Assembly (NCBI GenBank): GCA_013265495.1
Contig: MU057999.1
Coordinates: 558,001 to 622,000 of the forward strand
DNA length: 64,000 nt
Origin: Vicugna vicugna
Lineage: Eukaryota
Direction: 5' to 3'
Shown here: piece by piece, positions 39,350 through 51,975 of the stretch
How positions within the stretch are numbered: the stretch's first letter is position 1
How the letters are laid out: every line of letters starts with the position of its first letter
Made by a program: the position numbers and the translations under genes
Notes under the pieces: generated by a model
The model's input: only the letters and a program-made list of their open reading frames with translations
Told to the model about the DNA's origin: nothing
Database searches by the model: none

Positions 39350-39535
39350 CCTAATCCTAGTTCTGCCACTTAAGAACTCTGTGACCTCAGGCAAGTTAAT
39401 TAACCTCTCTGTGCCTCAGTTTTCTTATTTATAAAGTGGGGAAATAAAAATCGACTCATACCTACCTTGTAGGGTTTGTGAAGATTTGTATTTGCAAAGC
39501 ATTTAGAACAGGGCCTGGCCTAGTAAGCACTGGGA
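39350..39535 (+). mobile_element. MIR
   Basis: aatcctagttctgccactta...tgtgacctcaggcaagttaattaacctctctgtgcctcagttttctta...agcatttagaacagggcctggc. Confidence 0.85.
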
Positions 39536-40744
39536 AAGGATCTTGTCGAATAGAAACAATACAACACTCTGTGTTTCTGTTATGTCTGCTTAGCTGCAAA
39601 AATTCTACCTTCCCTTTTATACACATCTGGTAAACTATAGGTGATGGTTGTCTGTTTGCAAAATACCCTTGAGTCCAGCACCTGAAATGTACAGGTGAGA
39701 AAAATAACTCCAAAATAAACTCTGTCACTGAGAACAAACATTGAGCAAACAGCTGTCATGCATAGCATTTTATAGAATGCACTGCATGAGTGCAGGATGG
39801 CAGAATTAGAAAAAGAATTTTGTTGGTTTGCTCCAGAAACAGCCTGAGATAATAGTATACAAAAATGCATCAAAAAGGAACAAATGGTGGGGTCAGTTCA
39901 AAGGGGATGTGAGGGCTGTAAATGCTGATCGCAAACGAGCATCTGGTCCAGTCCACTTGCTAGAGGCAGGCAGCAACAGCACCTCTGAGTTTTTAAGGGA
40001 CAAAGCAGAGAAGAAAGCATTATTTATTAAGTAAATAATGAAATTGTTACTTGTTAATTATTACAAAAAACGCCATGTGTTCAAGAGAAGCACTCTTTCT
40101 CGGTGTGTGTACGGACACAGCATTTTCGTAACTGAGAATAAGGAGTGTACAGCTTCCTTACAGGGGGCCCCAGTGCGGGCTGATGGCACAAAGCTGCAGT
40201 GTTATCTAGATGAACCAGTTCTCAGAGCTCCCAAACACGGTGGTGGAAAGCTCTCATGGCCTGGCTTGATCAAAGGGGGACATTTAGAGGGAGGATGGGC
40301 TGTAGACCTTTAAAGCAATCTTCTGTAAAAGCTATTTCTCCATAGTGCAACTTTAATAATTTGAACAGCACAGTTCACTCTGTTTCTCTCTGTGGGAACC
40401 TAGAATTTGGGAAACTTATGTTGCTCATTAAATCCAGTTTCAACTAATTTGACAATCCAATCAGAAGTGGGTTTCTGCTCTTATGAAAAGAAAGAAACTT
40501 GAATGGCAGAAGAGCCAGGAACTCCCTGATATTAAATGCAGGGAGAGGATTCATAGTTTCTACAAGATTCTCAAGATATCTGTGAGCCAAAAAGAGATTA
40601 AGAACCACAATTTTAGGGCCTGAAACTCTCCCAGAATAGTGTTCCGTTTCCTGGGGAGAGATACAAAATTGGAGGAGCCCAACCAGTTCCTACTGGGGCT
40701 GAGTCTGAAAGTGCAGTTGAATAGTCATTAAAAATTCAAGCTTT

Positions 40745-41880
40745 TCAATAATAAAGAAACAACCCAATTTAAAAGTGGGCAGACGATCTGAATGAACTTT
40801 TCTCTAAAGAAGATTCAAATGGCTAATAAGCACATGAAAAGATGTTCTAAACCCTTCACACCCCCTGTAATAAAAAAGATGGACAATGACCAGTGTTGAT
40901 GAGGATGTGGAGAAATTGGAATTGGAACAATCATACGTTGCTGATGGGAATGTAAAATGGTTCAGTTACTTTGGAAAACAATTTGGCAGTTCCTCAAAAA
41001 GTTAAATTTTGATTTATCATCTTACCCAGCGATACCAAGCTTAGATACACACCAAAGCTCAATGAAAACATAACGTCCACACAAAGAATTGCATGCAAAT
41101 GGAAAACATATGTCCACACAAAGAGTTGCACATGAATGTTCAAAGTGGCATTTTTTATAATAGCTCCAAAATGGGGAAAAAAAAAACCCTAAATGTCCAT
41201 CAACTGATGAATGGATAAACAAAAGTGGTATATCTCTACAATGGAATATTACTTGGGAATAAAAAAGACTGAAGTACTGATGTTACAACATGGATGAAAC
41301 CTGAAAATGTTATGCTCAGTGAAAGAAGACAGTCACAAAAACCACATATATGTGTGATTCCACTCATATGAAGTGTCCATGATAGGCAAATCTGTAAAGA
41401 CAGAACATAGTTGCTAATTGCCTAGGGCTGGGGTGGGGTATGGCAGGATTGGGGGTGAAGACTAAAGGGGGTGGGTTTTTCTTTGGGGGTTATAAAGACA
41501 TAGTTAACAATCTTATGGTTACCGAGGGGAAAAGGAATGGGAAGGGCTATATTTGGGAGTCCGAGATTTGCAAATATTAACTACTATATATAAAAATAGA
41601 TTAAAAAATTTTTTCTGCATAGCACAGGGAATTATATTCAATATCTTGTAATAACCTTTAATGAAAAAGTGTATGAAAACAACTATGTATATGTATATGC
41701 ATCACATTATGCTGTACACCAGAAATTGACACATGGTAACTGACTATACTTCAGTTTTTTAAAAAATGGGGGAAAAAGTTGATTGTGGTGATGGTTGCAC
41801 AGCTCTGAATATAGCATAGCTAAAAATCACTGAATTGTACATTTTAGGTGGGTGAATTATATCTTAAAGCTCTTACCAAG
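40745..41880 (+). mobile_element. L1MB-type 3' end with a nested younger L1 3' end (~41496-41766)
   Basis: aatgtccatcaactgatgaatggataaacaaa...; interrupted by cttatggttaccgagggg...tatgctgtacaccagaaa...actatacttca; resumes gattgtggtgatggttgcac. Confidence 0.85.
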
Positions 41881-42168
41881 AAAAGCCTCTGATGCACAGC
41901 AATACCTAAAAAAGAATTCGAGTGTACACTCAGAAAACATCACAGCACATACAGTGCACGCTATTCTACAATTTCATATTTTCCACTCTTAGTTCACACT
42001 CGGAAGTAACAGGGGACCCCTCTTTAGAGGGTGATGATCAAGTTCTGTCTGAATAATCTCTTATGGGGGCCAGTTCTGCACTGAGACACGGACGGTAAGG
42101 GATTTGCCAGGAGCCGGGCGCACGGAGGGCTCCTGCTGTCTCTCCAGTGGAGCACAGGCTCGTGTTGC

Positions 42169-42182
42169 CCGCCAGGGGGCAG
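42169..42182 (+). promoter_or_regulatory. Candidate CTCF motif
   Basis: CCGCCAGGGGGCAG matches the CTCF core consensus. Confidence 0.45.
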
Positions 42183-43544
42183 TTTCCAGGATGATGGAGA
42201 ACCCTGGCAGCAACATCTGTCCTAATCAGCCAGGCAGAGTTTCTCGGCTAAGTATATTATATGGAGGGGCTGCAGGAACGCTTGGCAGTATCTCGGAGGT
42301 TAGAGGAGGACTGTTGACAGAACGTTGTAGACAGGGTTCCAGACCACTGATGGGGAAGTGTGGGAATATGGACTGTGCCCTAAGACTGCTTGGCAAGTTC
42401 CCCATATCTCTACAAGTGTGAAGGTGACACTGAGGAAGAAAAGCCAGGTACACTACATACAGCTGCTCATTTCTTCAGCTCCGGGAAGCAGAGCAGCTAA
42501 GTACTGTTCAACACCACTTTGCCCAGTGCTTTTCTGGGTGGCCATGCTCTGGGAGGCATCCAGTGTCTGCAGAGCTGTCCTGATCCTCATGGCGCTGGCT
42601 TGGGAAAGAGTGAAGGCCTCTCGGTGGGCCATCTCTTGGATCTCTGGAAAATAGTTTGAGAAATGTGGATTTAAGGAACGACTTAACCTGGGAATATACA
42701 TGTAACTACATGGTATTGTTGAACTGTGTGTTAGTGTCAGACCTTTTTGGAGCAAAATACAGAGATCAGCTGATGTCAGTCCACAAATGCCCCTGATGTA
42801 TAGTATAAACTAAAACAACTCACCAGTGGGAATCTTTCTGCAATCTAGGACATGCATTTCAGATCCTCAGCCTAAAATGAAATGCCACAAACAAGGCGTT
42901 TTCTACCAATTTGTCCCTTCAGCCATGGTTGAGCACAGCCCTTGCTCCCAGCAGGAGCATGTCCTCCAAATGTGCAGGTCCACATGTAACCCGACAGAGT
43001 GGTGGCTGGGGCAGGAGCCCTGCGGCTTCCCCAGTGATTCTCCTCCTGGCTGACAGCCCTCTCAGCCCAGCATGGAACCCTGGCAGCAGCCTGTTCATAT
43101 TAATAAATCTTGGACTGTGAGCAAAGGATGGGAAGGTTCTGAATCTGTGATATAATCAACCTGATCCTTCCTGCATGAGGTGCCATTTGTGGACTAACAA
43201 GGTATCCCTTGGTCTATTTATTTTGCTCCAAAAAAGGTCTAACACTAACATATGGTTTAACAACATCATGCAATTCCAGTATTTTCCCAGGTTAAGTCAT
43301 TCCTTAAATCCACATTTCTCAAACTGTTTTCCAGGGATCTGAAATTTTTTAGAGTGTTAGTAAGTGCTCCTTAGAAATGTGTAAAGCAGAACAGAAAAGG
43401 CTGCATGTCATACCCCCTACCCCCAACCCTGGGCCAGGATAGAACTGCCCCTCTCCCTCCCACTGGCCATGACCTCTCCATCCTCTTCCCTGATGGCCTC
43501 CCTTGGGCTTCCCAGATCACTGGGAGCTGGTGGCCTTAGACGCT

Positions 43545-44062
43545 TAGTGGTTCTTAACCTTTTGTGTGCCAGAGGCTTCTTTGGCGGAGTAGAAAAACCT
43601 ACGGACCTCTCAGACTATTGACTAAGTGCACAAAATAAAATCCACAGTGTTAAAAGGGAAACCAGTTATATCAGCATTTAGTCATCAAAACCCAAGAATA
43701 AACAAATTTGTAATAAAGTGTTATATGCGCCTCTTTATTAACTCATTAATAACGAGACTGAGTGGCAAGTCTACTGCCTACTATGTTTCAAAGCAAAGAT
43801 GCCTGAAAATAATGCTTGGAGGTGTCTGCCAACACCTGTAGTGAGATGTGAGAGTACCTATGGTTTCTACTGGGACAAAGCCCCAGGTACTGCAGGCAGT
43901 GCTGTGGTTTATGATCTAGACTCCTAATGGAATGAAAACTAACTTTCCAGTTAGAGCTTACTGAGAATAAGGATGTCAAGGTTTCCCATCCAAGTTCATG
44001 GAGACTAAAATTCTCTCCTCAGACCCCTTGTAGGGGATCTGTGGACTCCAGGTAAATGATTT
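43545..44062 (+). mobile_element. Charlie4a-like hAT DNA transposon
   Basis: Begins agtggttcttaaccttttgtgtgcc and ends gggatctgtggactccaggtaa; ~510 bp matching the recalled Charlie4a layout. Confidence 0.7.
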
Positions 44063-47000
44063 AGAGGCTTGGTGCTTATTTATGCTTTACCTTATACCTG
44101 GTCAGTCTGGTTCTACGTGAACATTCACTTGTGTCATGAGGGAGGCATTTGTGCTTAGTGTCACCTGTGATTCTAAAAACTGAGTCTTTAAATGGATGAG
44201 ATCACAAACCAACTTATGCACAAACCAACTTATCCATTATTCATGGAGTGCCTTTGGGCATCTTGGAAAACCAGCATTATGCACGTGACAGATTAGAGGC
44301 TCCCACCTGGGTTACCGGGGACCCTGGGTTCTTAGATGCCCTCAGCATATCAGGCAGCCAGGTCAAGCCTGGGATGGTCAGAGTTCCTGGCCTGGGACTC
44401 TTAGAGAAAAGCTAGGTTTGGTCAAGCAGCCCAGAGTCCCTATAAGTGACAAACCCAATGAGTGACATCCTGGGCTCATTGCATATGATCAAGGAAAAGC
44501 TGGACCACTTGGACATCTCCTTCAACAGAGCTGCAGAGGGTGCCGCTGTCCACTGTGGACCAGGAGCCCATGACAACGGGAGGAGCTGGTGCTCTGTGCA
44601 CCCAGGCAGAATTTTGTAGCCCAAGTGCAGCCACCTGGGGACTGGGGACAAGGGGCAGGAGGAGGGTGGCTGGTGCAGGGAGGCCAGTTGGAATTCCGGT
44701 GGGGACAACTCTAGCAGTCCTGAATTCTGTCTTCACAAAGTAATCCAGTAGTCCCTGAATCTCAAGTCATGCATTTTGGGCCCCTGGCCTAAAATTAAAT
44801 CTTACAAACAAGGCAAACATTTTATCCAGCAATGGTCAGTTAATTGTAGCTCTCTATTGCGTACCCTGCCACCCCTCACCATAAGCCAGCTACAAGAAAC
44901 AGAAGCTCCCCAAATTAGTGTTTCTCATACTATATTGGTTGATCAAAAATGTTTTATTGGATTCAAAATCTGTCCATACTTCAGCAATAAATTTGTCATT
45001 TAAAGAAGAGGAATTGCAATTGGAGTCTCTAAATACATTTTGTAATTTTTGAATTAATATTGTAAAGGAAAATTATCATTACTTTGCAAAGTTTCTCATC
45101 AAAGTGGACTAGGAAGAATTGAAAGACATTGTTAACCAGAAGCATCTTGATCAGGAATTTTTTTTAACAATTTCTAGCATAAATCCTGACACAAGAAGTT
45201 AAGATCGTGAAAGAAAAGTCTGGGTTTTCATTGAAATATTTGAGAAGAGCTTATCAGTTTTATATAAATTCAGCTGTCTTTCCTAATACTTTCATTTTAT
45301 TTTTATCATCATAATTATGTACTGCAGAGAAAATGTAATGAATTTTGTCCCCTATAGATAGCCTTGAATCCTCCCCAGTTTACCCAAGAGGGTTGTGCAA
45401 ATATTATTGTCTATGCTTTTCATGGGAAGGCCTCCCTTAAATGCTCAGCCAGGAGACAAGAGGGCCTCGGTGGCCAGGGAGGGCCTGGCCTGGCTGCCTG
45501 TTAGGCTGCCCTTCCTCCTCTTCCTTCATGCCTGAGCTAAAATATTTCTGCAGTTAAGATGCGTTTTGATTAATGGTTAAACGTATCTGGGCTACTCAGA
45601 TGACAGTGCATCCATTTATTCATTCATTCATCAAATATTTAACCAAGCAAACTCCGTATCTTAGAAGTCTGAGCTCCTGTGATTCCCTGAAGATGCTGGC
45701 AATACAGAGCCCGGCTCCCTTCTTGCTCTCAGAACCTCTGACAAGTGTGCACAGTGGGGCTACTAGCACATCTGCGCCCTTAAGCAGTCTGTATCACTGA
45801 GGCAGCCCCAGTGCCCAGGGCGAGAGGCCAAGGGAAGCAGTCTGAGAGCAGAGAGGGAGGCCTCAAAGCCAGTTGGCCACTTAGCAGCTGTACGCCCTTG
45901 GGCAGTTTCTTCATATGCAGAACAATGCACTCTGATTCTCGCTCAGTGAGGTCAGGTGAGACGCCAAATAGGGAAGAGAATCAAAAAGCTGTAGATGAGG
46001 CCTCGCAGGTAACATCTGTTACCCAAGAGGGGCTGTAGGAAAGCATCCACTCAAGGCTGGGCAGCTGACCTTGGTCTGAGGGTTTGGGAGATGGTCAGAG
46101 GGGGCAGGCGTGGGTAACCTGAGCAGCGCCCATCCAAAGGGAGCGCTGCAACTTGGTTCCCTGTGGAGATGTTCACCGGCTTCTTAGGGCAAGTCACCAG
46201 TCAGATACTAATGTGGTTTTCCTGATTTTTAAGTGTAGGCACCAATTAACAGTGTGCAGGCTGAAAAGCAGGTTTACAACCTCTGCCCACACAGTACAGG
46301 GGTGATAAGGATGACCTGGGCTGGGGTCTATCACCACAGGCATGACCCCCAGGACAGGGGAGGGGAGCTACAGGAGGATGGGCCACCTTCTCTTGCTGGC
46401 AGGTCTCTGAGGGACACCGACACACAGCATCAGGCCACCTGCCGTGGGCTCCTTCCATCCTCCATGGAGAATGGGGCTCATAGAATAGAATGACTTCCAA
46501 TAAGAGCTAAAACCATAAAACCCCTAGTAGAAAACGGATCTTTGTGATCCTGGGTTAGGCAAAGATTCTTTTTCTTGGATGGTGGCATGGATGACTTGCC
46601 CTCCCTCCCACCTGGATTTAACAAATGCCAACATTTCATCAGCTATGCTTCAAAATTCACCTAGCATACAAGATTGCTGAAAACTTCGTGGCCTTTCCTA
46701 ATTTCATGTCCTTTTTTTCTGTCTTCAGAAGCAAGTGCTACTCTGGTGATGGTGTTAACATTTCACAATCATATTTTTGTCTTTGTACACAGCCACAAAG
46801 AATGTATAGCATGATTTCAGGTACTATAATTGTATTTCTATACACTGGAAATCAATGCTTAGAAACTGAACTTAAAAACTGATACCATTTACTGCATCAT
46901 GAAAAACATACTTAGAAACATACCTAACAGAAGATAGGCAAGGTTCTACAAAGGTCTCCTAAACATTACTGAGAGAAAGGAAGAATTTCTACCCTCCTCC

Positions 47001-47075
47001 TTGGAAGTGGGAGATGGGAAGGGAGAACGGGGTTGGGGTGGCATCAGCTGGGTCTGTGCTGGTGGCTCAGGGCTC

Positions 47076-47089
47076 CTGCCGCCTGGTGG
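47076..47089 (-). promoter_or_regulatory. Candidate CTCF motif
   Basis: Reverse complement is CCACCAGGCGGCAG. Confidence 0.45.
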
Positions 47090-47427
47090 TCCTGGAATGT
47101 GACAGATGTGTTCACGGGCCAGCGGGCAGATTGGTCAACTGCTTTAATTTAAGGTAGGCACGTAGGAGGGAGGGCCTTTCAGCAGAGGTGTCGGGTAATG
47201 TACAGCTGCCTGGTGCAGGGCTGAGCTCCTGGCCTCTGGAAGATTCTAGAAGAGGCAGGGCAGTCAAGTGTTGGAGACAGGACTTCTTCATATTAGGCTG
47301 GAATCCACGACTGGAATGACTTTATGAGGGGCCTGCGAGCTTCGGATTCTCCAGGGAACAGCGCACAGCACATTGGTATCATCCTCATCATGCTGGTGAC
47401 AACTGTGGTGTGGCAGTGGTGACCTCA

Positions 47428-47640
47428 GCGAGCACTTACTATGAGCTGGGGATGGTTCTGTTCACTGTATCCTTGTAACTCATTCAAACCTCATCAGAAA
47501 CTTTCGTGGTAGGTGCTATGATTTTACTGCTGAGAAAACTAGGACAGGAGGTTCAGTAACTTGCCCACAGCAGTGGGAGGTGGCACAGGGGGTGTGTAGA
47601 ATCTGGGTGGCTGACTGTGGGGTTTGTGCGTTGAACCATT
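47428..47640 (-). mobile_element. MIR
   Basis: gagcacttactatg...tgagaaaact...aggttcagtaacttgcccaca reverse MIR core. Confidence 0.7.
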
Positions 47641-50600
47641 GTAGCATCCTGGTGTCATCCGACAGGCCACCCCAGCCTCAGGAGCGCCGTGAGGAGGGGT
47701 CTCCAGGGAGCTGCAGGGATCTCCCACGTCAATGTTGATGGAGGGAAATAGAGCCTTCAATCCTGCATCGATGGCTCCTGACCACACAAGACAGCTTTCA
47801 CTCAAACAGCGACCAGCAGCTAAGAAGCCAACTTTCCAGAAAGAAGCCCATTGGCTTCTTTTTAAATAGACTTTTAACACTCTTGTTGAGCTTTAAAAAT
47901 GCCCAAAGAAGCTTTTCAGACAAAATGGTTTTCCTCCTGCGATCAGGTTGACATGTTCTCTCTGCTGTGTTTCTCCTGGAAGGTGGAGAAGGGGATCTGA
48001 TCCTGATGAAACAGACACGAGAGGGTTCACAATGCCCACGCTCACCGTCGTCCGTCCTGAGGGCAGGACAATCACAAAGGATTTGGGGGCAGGAGGCCTC
48101 CCAACACCGTCAGTATCTTGGCTACATTTCATTGTAACATAATGAAATGGTCAGCGTTAATTTCCAGATCCCTTTGGTGTTCGCAAACATGCTGATACAT
48201 GTACATATTGGCAGAGGGTTCACTGGACAATTTGTTGTTCCACAGTCACTTCTTTTACATAAACATTTCCTCGTCCTCCCTCATCACCACTCTTTGCCCA
48301 GATGGGAGCCGCAAGGGGCCCCTCGCCCCTAACATCTGTTCTCCATTAATCAATTGCTCTTGGCCATTCACGGCAGGGCTTCCCCTCAGCCCTCAGTGGC
48401 ACAGGGTGGTGGGGCATCACTGCCAGGTCCCCGCACAGCCAGGGTGAAATGACGGCCCATTCCTTGTGTCACAGAGGCAGTCAGCCACCCCCCTGGATGG
48501 AAACAAAGCAATCTCAGTACAAGGCGAGGGCAGTGGGTCCCCCGGGAAGAAGAGCACTCTTCAGTCGATATGTGGTCCTGATTGCTTCCTGCAGGCAAAC
48601 ACCGTGAGCACGCCCAGCCAGGTGGCAATCTCTGTCTGTCCGTAAATCCACATTTCCCACAGAGGCAAAGGAGCTCATTGTCTGGCATAAACTTCTTAGC
48701 TGGGAAAAAGAAATGATGATTCAAGATGTTGTAACTCAACAGCCATGTAAATAAAACCAGTGGTCTATAATTTCATTTTTGAAAGGACAAATTGATGCTC
48801 ACTCCAAACATGGACTGATCATTTATTCTAAATGCAAGGTACTGTTTCATCACGAGATGAAATAACACACAAGTTTGGCGTGGCTCCTCCTTCCTGGAGC
48901 ATTGTGCACTGCCCGCATTTGCGCTCCACGCCGGTGGGTTGCGTGGCCACCTCCTGGAGCCCAGCGGTGGTCGGGATGCCTCCAGAGTGTCCTCTGGCCT
49001 ATGGTGGGAGTTGACTGGTTGTTCATCAGTGGGCGAGGTTGCTGGGAGGCCAGGGTTTACCCCCTGGTCTGAATAATCTCCTGCTTATTTGGTCTTCGTC
49101 CCCGCTTGGCTACCTTGAAGGCAGAATTGGCAAACACAGGGCATACCTCACCCTTCAATCCCGGGTATGTAGATCACTAGCCAATCACAGGACTCTTTCC
49201 TACTGATCCCCACGTGACCTCAGAATCCTTCTTAACACAGTCCTCCAGGCAGCAATGACCAAAACATCTGGAGAGCTGGTTTAAGTCCAGATTCCCTTCT
49301 CATTCTCAAACCCTCGTGACCCAGCTTTGCCACTGGATATACCAAGGACCTTGAGGATCTCTGTCTCTTTTATGTCTCATCCTGCAGGTGCTTCTTTTTA
49401 GAGGATGTACTTTAGGACAACGATGCTCAAAGAATCAGGAGCTCTGAGTGTTCACTGGACCGTTGTTTTCCAAGACATCAACTCTCCCAAAGACAGTCGC
49501 GTGTACTCAGGCCGTGCCGGGAGAAAATCTTTCTGCTTTTTGGTCTTAAATAACCAAAGATTTGCCATTTTGCAGTGGAGTTGGAGGAGTAGGTCAGATA
49601 TGGAACACAGCAGGATGGACCAGATTTCCTCACCCAGGGAGAAGCAGGAGTCACTGGTGGGCACCATGAGTTTGTCACAGGTTCCTGGGGGCTGGGGATG
49701 TGTTTACTGTGTTTGGGGCCCAGGAGCAGATGGAGGTAGTCTGGGGGAGAGAATTGACTTTGGTTCAGTATCTTTTGACTCAGGAATTCAAGGGGAACAT
49801 CTGAGAGAGGGCATTCCAGTTGCTGCCTGATTTTCAGTTTTCCTTAGTTCTGCTCGCAAAATCAGAGAGAAGCAACATCCTGTCGGGGCTGTTGCTTCCC
49901 CTTTGGTCCTTCTGCTGGGTTGTCTCCAGCGCCTTGCCCTCAGGCAAGAGAGAAGCCCGCAGCACAGTCTGCCGGGGGCTGCAGGGCTGGCTCTTAACAC
50001 AGCAGGGCCCTTCAGATGTTCCACCGCTGACAATCCCAGGTCTACCGCCTGCCAGCATCTGTTCACGGAGACACAGCATCACAAACTCTCCGGACTGGAA
50101 GGGACTTTAGAGGTCATCCACTCCAGCCCCGGGCTGGCATTTTCAGACTGTTCTAATAATTCAAGAGTTCCTCCTTCTATTCTGTGGAGATTGTTTGTTC
50201 TGACTTCCTCTTAACTATGCTGTTAAAGATGTGGTCCACCTGTGGGCTCCTTCGTAAGGAGAAGCGTCCTGGGGCTCATCGTGTTTGTGGGTCTAGCGGT
50301 CAGGGGTGCAGTGGGCCAGATATGGGAACGTGAGTTTTTTTGTCCTTCACATTACAGCTGTAAGAATGGTCTCCATGGTTACAGCAGCTTCTCAGAGGTG
50401 TCTTGATTTTCATTTTCTGTACTTCCCTAAATGTCTAATTTATGAATAATCTGCTTAAGCAACCTGCTGAAAAGTTTCTGCAAAGTATATGAATATCAAC
50501 AAATATATGTTTATATATGTTCAAAACAATCAAAAAAGTAGGCTGATAGGCATTTCTGGAATTTTTTTTTCTTTCACTAAAAACAGAAATTAGGATCGAC

Positions 50601-50878
50601 TTAAAAAACTTCAAGTTAAACAAGATTCAATGAAAGAAACACCGCCTTCACGTTCTTCAAAGGCATGTGAGCCAGAGAGGGGCTGGAGCTAACCTAATTA
50701 TGTTTCCTTTAATGTGAAATAGCATCTCACCATCACATTCAAATAGCTGGGAGATTGATTTTTTTCCCCAGCGCTCCCTTTGAACATGAAAGTGTTTTTT
50801 CCTGTTTTTTCTCCCCTTGTGAGAACAGTGATAAGAATGGATCGATAATTACATTGTTGGATAAAAATGAATATAAAT

Positions 50879-50884
50879 TTTATT
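50879..50884 (-). terminator. Candidate KY poly(A) signal
   Basis: TTTATT on + (AATAAA on -) in an AT-rich patch ~3.5 kb past the KY stop. Confidence 0.55.
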
Positions 50885-51961
50885 GAAAAACAACACCAGC
50901 AACAATGTGGGGAAAGCATACTCAACAGCCACTGGCCCACACAACTCAATGCACGCATTATGAAAAGTCAACGACCTCTTCAGAGTTCCAGCTACTCACC
51001 CAAATGAAAAGAAATGATCGACCTCAGGTAAACACTGACGTGGGACACAGATGCCCCCCACCTCTGAACACTGTGCCAGTGGCAAAGGACGCAACAGTAC
51101 GGTTCTCTCGCTGGCTGAGGGTGAGCTAGTGTATTTCAAGGACTCACTGCTTTGGAGAGAATCTTGTCTTTCCAGTTACTGTTGGCATCTAAGACCCAAG
51201 ACCACTGGGAAAACGTTTTTACTATTCAAGTCCTTTGGAGAAGAGGATTTCACAATATTTCTCGGCAACTTCTCCCTCCTGCTTAACAACAGGAAATACT
51301 TCTTTATGTCTAGCCTCAATCCTTCATGCTTCAGTTATCTATTTATCTCCTTTTACTCTCAGCAGGCTGTAAGGAGTTTGTCCCGGAGGGACAATGTAAC
51401 ATAGGGGGAACACACAATGATCACAATCAGATTGTTGAAAACGGAGTCCAGCTGTGTTGGTGGCGCTTCCGAAACAAGTTGAAGGTAATTGCGGTTGTGG
51501 TTGTAGCCCATTCGTGCGATCCCACTCCTCAGTTCTCCCCAACCCTCCCCAACCCTTCGCACCCTTATGTGGCCTGAGGGCTGCCATCGTAGTACTTGCA
51601 GCAAAAGCTCTCTGGGTTCGATCAGTTTCAGTCCTTCACTGGCGTAGGAATGAGTGTGGTCAAAGCTGTCCCATACACTCCTACGGGATTTCTAGGCAAA
51701 GCACTCCCCAGTCCTATTACATTCATGTCTTCTCACCACGCGAGGCAGCCCCCAGCCTCGCTTCACAGCTTGTGCGTGGCAACGACGTACTCCATGTACA
51801 CACAGGAAGCGCTGAGAAGCCATGAAAAAGCACCCAGTGAATTTAACATAAACATCTCAGTCGCATTTTTCAATTTCTGCCTAAAACCCCAGTGATAGAT
51901 TCAGCCTCACAGCATTGGGGGTGGGGGGTCGGGATGCAGCGCCGGCAGATCCGCATATCGG

Positions 51962-51975
51962 GCACCAGGGGGCGC
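51962..51975 (+). promoter_or_regulatory. Candidate CTCF motif in a CpG-rich patch
   Basis: GCACCAGGGGGCGC, one mismatch from CCACCAGGGGGCGC. Confidence 0.45.

Noticed and set aside
41065..41138. ~37-bp imperfect tandem duplication
   Set aside because: It is an internal duplication in a dead L1 with no functional cue.
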